A DNA stretch of 32,000 nucleotides from Promethearchaeota archaeon (GTDB lineage Archaea > Asgardarchaeota > Lokiarchaeia > Sigyniarchaeales > SOKP01), in assembly GCA_030606485.1 (NCBI GenBank), contig JAUWGH010000003.1, positions 360,001 to 392,000 of the forward strand, in the 5' to 3' direction. Under the pieces are notes generated by a model. It was not told where the DNA came from and did not search any database. It worked only from the letters and a program-made list of their open reading frames with translations. The translations under genes and the position numbers were made by a program. Below, piece after piece: positions 26,239-32,000 of this stretch (position 1 is its first letter; every line of letters starts with the position of its first letter).

Positions 26239-26746
26239 AATATCCTTATTGATGTATTTATTAAGTAAGAAAGACCAATTAGATGAGATGGGCTCAACTA
26301 AAGAAGAAGTCTTAGAAAAATTGCAAATTTCTGGGCGAAATAAAGGATTTATGTTTAAAAAACTAATTATTGAACTTTCTAAATATATTTCTCCCTTAGG
26401 ACTCGAAATTCAATATAATCCGTTAAATACCCATTGGTTCTTAACTTTTAAATCAAGTATGAATGATCTGATTTTAGCAAACCCATTTCAAGATAAACCA
26501 CGATTGGCTGCAACTTTATTTTGTGCAATAATTTTATGCTTAAAAAGTAATGGTATTGCAAAAATAGTTGAATTAAAGAAATTAAGAAATAAAAAAGAAA
26601 TCCGGGACGACCTAAAAGATTTAGAAAATCTAGGTTATATTAAAATTATTAAAAATTATAATGAAATTAATTTAACCCCACTTATTGGATACCAGCTAAA
26701 CCTCGAAAAATTATTTATGAAATTATCATTAAAATTAAATGTTTGA
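26231..26746 (+). CDS. KITE subunit (ScpB/Nse1/Nse3-like tandem wHTH)
   Basis: Overlaps the kleisin stop (ATGAATGA). The two wHTH-like halves (L..Y..PLGLEI......WFL; AATL...I.......EL..LR......L..LE.LGYI) follow the ScpB architecture. AGGTGG upstream favours ATG 26231. Confidence 0.7.
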   Translation: MNEISLLMYLLSKKDQLDEMGSTKEEVLEKLQISGRNKGFMFKKLIIELSKYISPLGLEIQYNPLNTHWFLTFKSSMNDLILANPFQDKPRLAATLFCAIILCLKSNGIAKIVELKKLRNKKEIRDDLKDLENLGYIKIIKNYNEINLTPLIGYQLNLEKLFMKLSLKLNV

Positions 26747-26847
26747 TCAAGATTGAATCTAATATTTGATTTTTGAGTAAATTTTAATGAAGAGATCCAT
26801 TAAATACAGTAATTTTTAAAAACTGTGAATTTTTTTAGTAGATAATA

Positions 26848-28278
26848 ATGCCTTCCTTAACATCTCAAAAAGAAGGTCGACCAACTAAATTTTTGGTTCT
26901 TTTTAAAAAGTTCTGGCCAAATTTCGTCGTATATAATTCATGGGCACTAACTATTTCATCCTTGTATATAAATATAATAATCGTTTCAAATATAATTTGG
27001 GCTGGAGAAGAGATTCATGTTGGAGAACTAGGAATTCTGTTTGGATTCGGAACATGGATGATGGGAATTTCAGGTTTGTTTTTTGGTTATTTAGCAGATA
27101 GGATTAATCGCATAAAACTTATGACATTAACTATGATAATGTTTGGAGTTGGTATGTTAATAAATGGATTTAGTCCAGAAGGGCAAGGATCCTTAACTTT
27201 TAACTTCTTTTTAGGATGCCTTTTATTCAGAAATTTTTTTTGTGGTGGGTTTTGGCCTATTATTCTCTCATATACAAACGATGCTGTAGAAGAATTTGAA
27301 CGTTCTCGGTTTTTTGGTGCTATAAATGCCACTTTTCAAGTTTTTCAGATAAGTGGGATGTTAATTTCCACCTTGTTATTTCAAAATCAATTTTGGCGTG
27401 AATTTATGTGGGGTATGGGATTGTTATATTTCATTGGAAGTATTATGATCTATCTAAAAGGTATTGAACCTAAGAGAGGAGGTACCCAAAATCAATTAAA
27501 AACAGTTTTATTCGAATCAAGGATCAAATATCAGTATAAATTAACAAAAAAAACATTTAGAACTACTATTTTAAAGCCTACTATTTGTATTTTATTTGTT
27601 GAGGGTATTTTTATTTCAATGTGTTTCTCATTGGTTGACTTTCTATTTATAACCTATTTACAATCACCACCTCATAACATTTCTCCCTTTATAACTACTG
27701 TATATCTGACTATATTTGGAATTTCTGGTGGCATTTTAGGATCTATCGGTTTTTCCAAGCTTTCTGATAGATTGGCAAATAAAAACTTCAAAAATCGTAT
27801 TTACTTAATTGTTTTTTCAATAGTAATAGTATTTTCGACATATATCTTTTTATTTTTTATTCCAATACAGAGTATGACTCCCGTTCAAGGAAATGATTTA
27901 GTATTTATAATAACTACTCCCGCATTTTGGTTACTTGGTATTGGCGCATTTATTTTTCGTTCCATTATAAGTATATATAGTATTAATCAACCACCACTTA
28001 TACAAAAAATTAATTTACCAGAAAGTCAAGGAATAATCAGTTCTTCTAGTCAATTTTTAGATTTTATAGGTCTCGGAACAGGACCAATAATAGCTGGTGT
28101 GATTTTGGAGTTATATAATAGAAATTATCAAATTACAGTGCTAATTTCAATGATTATTGGAATTGCAGGTGTACTCTTTTGGTTAATAGCAATAAAATGG
28201 ATTGATAAAGATATAGAAACAATTAAATCAATACTCAATCAACGAGCTGAAGAGATGGCTAGAATTAATGGGAAGTGA
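26848..28278 (+). CDS. Major facilitator superfamily transporter
   Basis: About 12 TM; motif A GYLADRINR and second-half SKLSDRLA; ERSRFFG loop. Confidence 0.92.
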   Translation: MPSLTSQKEGRPTKFLVLFKKFWPNFVVYNSWALTISSLYINIIIVSNIIWAGEEIHVGELGILFGFGTWMMGISGLFFGYLADRINRIKLMTLTMIMFGVGMLINGFSPEGQGSLTFNFFLGCLLFRNFFCGGFWPIILSYTNDAVEEFERSRFFGAINATFQVFQISGMLISTLLFQNQFWREFMWGMGLLYFIGSIMIYLKGIEPKRGGTQNQLKTVLFESRIKYQYKLTKKTFRTTILKPTICILFVEGIFISMCFSLVDFLFITYLQSPPHNISPFITTVYLTIFGISGGILGSIGFSKLSDRLANKNFKNRIYLIVFSIVIVFSTYIFLFFIPIQSMTPVQGNDLVFIITTPAFWLLGIGAFIFRSIISIYSINQPPLIQKINLPESQGIISSSSQFLDFIGLGTGPIIAGVILELYNRNYQITVLISMIIGIAGVLFWLIAIKWIDKDIETIKSILNQRAEEMARINGK

Positions 28279-28888
28279 TAATTTTTAATATCATGGCCGC
28301 CAAGTTGTCATTATAATCTTCCATACCTTCTAAATGTTCTCCTACAGTGTTGAAGAAATCCACAATTTCTATTTTTCTTTTTTCAAAGAAAGCCTGAATT
28401 TTTTCTCTTGCTTCTTGAAGCTTCTTATCTCTTTGAGCTTTACTCCCCTTCACCAAATCAACCTTATTAATACACACATAGATTTTTTTAGGAAAGAAAC
28501 GGACATCATTGAAAAATTCAAATTGTTTTTCAATAGGGCGATCCAAAGCAAATACAGCAATAATCTGTGAAGCGATCCGGCTAATTGTAATGATCCCCAT
28601 TCTAACAACTGCCCGGGCTTTATCTCCCCCAGGTGCGAATATCGTATGTGCTTTTTTTTCAGTTTCATCTCTAAAAATAACGCGATTGGGATGTATGGTT
28701 TTAGTTTCCTTTTTCTCTGTAGCTTCTCGAGGTAAAGTTGCCTCTCCAGAAAAGTCGGTCTTTACAATTACACATTTTCTTCCACCTTCCAGTGTTTCGA
28801 GTTTTTGTTTATTAATATAACTTACAAATAATCTTAAGAGGGTTGTTTTTCCTACAGAAATATCACCTAATAACCCTAGATTCACCAT
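28265..28888 (-). CDS. Atypical small P-loop GTPase
   Basis: G1 GDISVGKTT and G4 INKVD are clear. The G3 position reads FAPGG (no Asp) and the switch-I region is long. Confidence 0.78.
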   Translation of the reverse strand: MVNLGLLGDISVGKTTLLRLFVSYINKQKLETLEGGRKCVIVKTDFSGEATLPREATEKKETKTIHPNRVIFRDETEKKAHTIFAPGGDKARAVVRMGIITISRIASQIIAVFALDRPIEKQFEFFNDVRFFPKKIYVCINKVDLVKGSKAQRDKKLQEAREKIQAFFEKRKIEIVDFFNTVGEHLEGMEDYNDNLAAMILKIITSH

Positions 28889-28889
28889 C

Positions 28890-29705
28890 TTAATCTTCCT
28901 CCTCCTTTAATAATTTATTTAATAGAGTTTCATAATCAGGTATGAGATATTGTTCGAGTAGTGCACTATTATGGGCATTAATTAATCCTACAAAAACTTC
29001 CTTTAAATTCTTTGAATTTTTAAGATATTTTATTATCGTTTCAGATTCTACTCCAGCTCTTAGTGGTTTTGGTTCAGTATCAAATCCGAAATTTTCACTC
29101 GGAGGTAAAGAATTAAAAAATCCGAATGCAGTGTAGCCTTCATAAGCATAATAGCAAAAGAATCGAGATTTAATTGATTGAATAATCCTCGTCATATATA
29201 CACTTGGATATAACTCTCCAAGGGTCATACTTCCATCATAAGTTATGAGATAATAGGGGCTTATAGGAGATTTTCTTAAGCCAAACATTTCTTGAGGAGG
29301 TAAACAAACAAAAGGAATTTTTTCTTCGATAATGGCCCATAAATCCCATCGTTCTGCATCATTTAAAATTTGTTTAACTTCATCGAAAGCATAGTAAAAA
29401 TCTTGTTGAAAACTAAGTAGAGAACTTAGATAGACAGATAGAGATGCAAAAGTTGCTTCTAATACCGGCTGCTTTTTACTATCTTCGCTAGGTTTTATTG
29501 CACCACGCCAACTTCTTACTGCTGAATATGCAAATCCTTGAACATCAAAAAAATTCCCAGAAAGTATTATAAATTGTGGTATTTCCCCTTCTTCATCCGT
29601 GAGTAATTCTCTGGTTTTATTTAACAAAGCTACTTCAAGATTTATCTCTTTGTAGCCAGAATGCAATTGTGGCATTATCAGCCATTTATATTTCTTTTTT
29701 ACCAT
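28890..29705 (-). CDS. Hypothetical protein, probable inactive calcineurin-like metallophosphoesterase fold
   Basis: 271 aa open frame coupled to the GTPase. Degenerate motif series in the correct order: LIMPQLH, FIILSGNFFD, FVCLPPQE, LITYDG, LINAHNS. Confidence 0.55.
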   Translation of the reverse strand: MVKKKYKWLIMPQLHSGYKEINLEVALLNKTRELLTDEEGEIPQFIILSGNFFDVQGFAYSAVRSWRGAIKPSEDSKKQPVLEATFASLSVYLSSLLSFQQDFYYAFDEVKQILNDAERWDLWAIIEEKIPFVCLPPQEMFGLRKSPISPYYLITYDGSMTLGELYPSVYMTRIIQSIKSRFFCYYAYEGYTAFGFFNSLPPSENFGFDTEPKPLRAGVESETIIKYLKNSKNLKEVFVGLINAHNSALLEQYLIPDYETLLNKLLKEEED

Positions 29706-29809
29706 AGATCAAAGCCCCTTCATTAATAATACTATTAAAATTTTTGAACTCTTAAAAATAATACACAAGAATTGACTAATAAATTTTCTTTTTTTAATAT
29801 TTATTGAAT

Positions 29810-30376
29810 CTAAAATTTCGAATTTAAAACTTTCCTGATTCCAAATTCAATAAGGTCAAAATATTCTAATTTACTTACATTATTTATTTCAATTCTTTGA
29901 ATAGAATCGAGATTTTTGCATTTATCTATTTTCATTTCGAGGCGAGGTTCATTTTCTTTAATTTTAATTAGAATTTGTTGAATAAAATCATTAATAAAGA
30001 TTTCAGATTTTTCTCTCACGTCAATCTTCTCTGGTTCGACAAACAGAATTTCCACTTTTTTAAAATCAAAAAACTTTAAAATGCAGAGAAGGTCGTTATT
30101 TTTTGAGAATAATTTTCTTTTTATTAAAGTCCCTCTACCTTTATTTCCTATACTTTCTTTAAATAAATCTTCAGCACTCAATAAATTACTAGCAGTAGTA
30201 AAACTCTTTCCCGAGATTACTTTATTCAGTTGATTTATTACCAACTTGAGTTCATTGACTTCCTCAGTAAGTTTTTGGATTAGTTCTTTTTTATCAAGAT
30301 ATTGTTTATTAAGTGTTCTGTGAATATTTACTAATTTTTCAATTTCGTTTTTACCATCTTCTTCCTTGAAATTCAT
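29810..30376 (-). CDS. Hypothetical protein with N-terminal coiled coil
   Basis: 188 aa; heptad-like N-terminal ~55 aa followed by an alpha/beta-looking domain. Confidence 0.7.
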   Translation of the reverse strand: MNFKEEDGKNEIEKLVNIHRTLNKQYLDKKELIQKLTEEVNELKLVINQLNKVISGKSFTTASNLLSAEDLFKESIGNKGRGTLIKRKLFSKNNDLLCILKFFDFKKVEILFVEPEKIDVREKSEIFINDFIQQILIKIKENEPRLEMKIDKCKNLDSIQRIEINNVSKLEYFDLIEFGIRKVLNSKF

Positions 30377-30449
30377 ATATTTAATTTAAAGTGTTTCTAC
30401 TATATTAAATTATTATACTGATTAAATTAAGTGATAAAAGGTAATTAGA

Positions 30450-31343
30450 ATGAAGACTGCGATTATAACTCCAAATCCATCTGATATGGAGGTTAAAATT
30501 ATTACCAAGGAATTTCAAAAGAAAGGATTCGATGTTAAAACAATAATTCCCGGGGAAATAAATGTTTCTGTTGGTTTAAATGTTGAGAATGAACCAAATT
30601 CAGAAAAATTTCTATGCAATATTTTTGAAGATATAGAACCAAGAGGAGCCTTAGTAAGAGGTTTTGGGATGAATGTTACACAGAAAATATTTTTCCGATT
30701 AGATGTTTTAAGAATTCTAGAAAATATGGATATAAAATTAATAAATTCCCGAGAATCTTTAGAACTTGCCACAGATAAACTATTAACCTCCTTTTTATTT
30801 GAAAAGGCAAATATTCCAACGTTAAAAACAATAATATGTGAAAATCCCAATGATGCATTAGAAGCTTTTGAAATATTAGGAGAAGATATTGTTTTGAAAC
30901 CTATTTTTGGCTCGAAGGGTATTGGACTCACTAGAATAAATGATAGAGGTTTTGCAGAGAATGTCATTTATAAATTATCACGATTAAATGAGATTTTTTA
31001 TCTCCAAGAATATGTTCGACACAATAACCGAGATATTAGAATTCTAGTTTTAGGGGATGATGCAGTTGCAGGAATGTATCGTATTAGCGATAGTTGGAAA
31101 ACAAATATATATACTGGAGCAAAACCAAAATCAATAGAATTAAATAACGAATTGAAAGAATTAGCAGTTAAGGCAGCTCAAGCAACTAAAACTGAGATCG
31201 CAGGGATTGATATCTTAGAGACAGATAAAGGATTAAAAGTGATAGAGGTAAATTCGATACCAGGATTCACTGCACTTCAAAAAGTTACAGAAATAAATTT
31301 AGCTGAAAAAATAGTTGAATACTATCTAAATCAGATAAAATGA
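30450..31343 (+). CDS. RimK-family ATP-grasp alpha-L-glutamate ligase (MptN/CofF-like)
   Basis: DKL.T..L......P..T, VLKPIFGSKGIG, YLQEYV....RDIR..V.G, W.TN...GA, GIDIL......VIEVNS.PGF. Confidence 0.9.
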   Translation: MKTAIITPNPSDMEVKIITKEFQKKGFDVKTIIPGEINVSVGLNVENEPNSEKFLCNIFEDIEPRGALVRGFGMNVTQKIFFRLDVLRILENMDIKLINSRESLELATDKLLTSFLFEKANIPTLKTIICENPNDALEAFEILGEDIVLKPIFGSKGIGLTRINDRGFAENVIYKLSRLNEIFYLQEYVRHNNRDIRILVLGDDAVAGMYRISDSWKTNIYTGAKPKSIELNNELKELAVKAAQATKTEIAGIDILETDKGLKVIEVNSIPGFTALQKVTEINLAEKIVEYYLNQIK

Positions 31344-31371
31344 GAAAAAAAGAAAAAAAATCTTTATTAAT

Positions 31372-31698
31372 TTATAAGACATCAATAAGTGCAACAAGCC
31401 CACCGATAATAACAATAATACCAGCCACTAAACCCCCTGTTAAACTTGGTAAACCCGCAAAGATGGCTATTAATATGCCAAATATAATAAATAGCAGCCA
31501 GTGATAAGGGATCGGATCATCCGGTTTTAAGACTTGAATTAATACAACTACTGAAAATACTAGTCCAAGAAAACCATATAATATACTTTCAAGGTCAAGA
31601 TTAACTATTTTCAATATTGCAAAGACTACTCCAACAAGAGCCCCAATTACGCAAATAAAGCTTATCAGTTTTGAATTTTTATAATCTTTTTTAGCCAT
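31372..31698 (-). CDS. Small hypothetical membrane protein (4 TM)
   Basis: 108 aa, almost entirely Gly-rich hydrophobic helices. Confidence 0.7.
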   Translation of the reverse strand: MAKKDYKNSKLISFICVIGALVGVVFAILKIVNLDLESILYGFLGLVFSVVVLIQVLKPDDPIPYHWLLFIIFGILIAIFAGLPSLTGGLVAGIIVIIGGLVALIDVL

Positions 31699-31782
31699 AT
31701 AAATCCATTTTATTCAATTTTTTATTGCATGTATTTTATAAAAAGAAAAAACTTTTTCTAATAAAGTTTAAGAAAATGAAAT

Positions 31783-31998
31783 TCAAATTTTTTTGGATAA
31801 TAAATTATAATTAAATTCATTTTTTAAGATTAAAAACAATTTATGCATAGGAATTCCTATTACATTAGAGGGGGAACCTTCTATTTTATCAATAAATAAC
31901 GATGCCTTATTTCGTATAGAATATGCTCCAGCTCTTTCCTTCCATTCACCGGTTTTAATATATGCTTTAATCTCATCTATAGATAAATCTAAAAATCT
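31783..31998 (-). CDS. maf: Maf/YhdE-family nucleoside triphosphate pyrophosphatase (3' part only; not in ORF track)
   Basis: Own translation from the window end: RFLDLSIDEIKAYIKTGEWKERAGAYSIRNKASLFIDKIEGSPSNVIGIPMHKL...KKI*. This matches the Maf C-terminal pattern F..L...EI..Y..TGE...KAGAY.I......I.G...NV.G.P. Confidence 0.88.
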   Translation of the reverse strand, partial: RFLDLSIDEIKAYIKTGEWKERAGAYSIRNKASLFIDKIEGSPSNVIGIPMHKLFLILKNEFNYNLLSKKI

Positions 31999-32000
31999 AA

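Noticed and set aside
22094-26746. Calling the cassette Wadjet (JetABCD), MksBEF, Lamassu or Rad50/SbcC
   Set aside because: No JetD/TOPRIM or effector nuclease and no Mre11 gene lies nearby, there is no central CXXC zinc hook, and a true SMC hinge is present; gene order and sizes fit smc-kleisin-KITE.
27087-30967. Nested ORFs at 27087, 28334, 28450, 28509, 28942, 30515 and 30676
   Set aside because: They overlap supported genes in antisense or alternative frames and show no independent coding evidence.
1-32000. tRNA, rRNA, CRISPR array, IS or integrase
   Set aside because: Intergenic regions are short and very AT-rich; no cloverleaf, regularly spaced repeat or transposase motif was seen. 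A tRNAscan-SE/Infernal run would be needed to exclude small ncRNAs.

Overview
AT-rich archaeal chromosomal window, most likely an Asgard archaeon (Lokiarchaeia-like). This is inferred from archaeal TBP, ThrRS, RbkR/RibL and translin genes together with three small GTPases, two of them Rab-like. About 30 CDS are supported; no rRNA, tRNA, CRISPR array or IS element was recognised. Housekeeping content: TBP, a CDP-alcohol phosphatidyltransferase, DUF47+PiT, riboflavin kinase/FAD synthetase, translin, ThrRS, MfnD-like and RimK-like ATP-grasp ligases, an SDR, GpmA, an MFS transporter and Maf. The most notable locus (20774-26746) is a co-oriented cassette: a catalytically degenerate AAA+ protein, an SMC with Smc5/6-like head and hinge motifs, a kleisin and a KITE-like protein. 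The SMC frame extends about 100 codons upstream of the ORF-track start, has no ATG/GTG/TTG before its Walker A, and is separated from the pseudo-AAA+ gene only by one in-frame TAG. Other oddities: a coupled pseudo-metallophosphoesterase plus G3-degenerate GTPase pair, a type-2 IPP isomerase homolog lacking several substrate-binding residues, a ThrRS with Asp at the usual Zn-ligand Cys and a basic insert, and an unannotated hydrophobic frame behind a tandem-XRE gene. All family calls come from motif recognition by eye; no database search was run.
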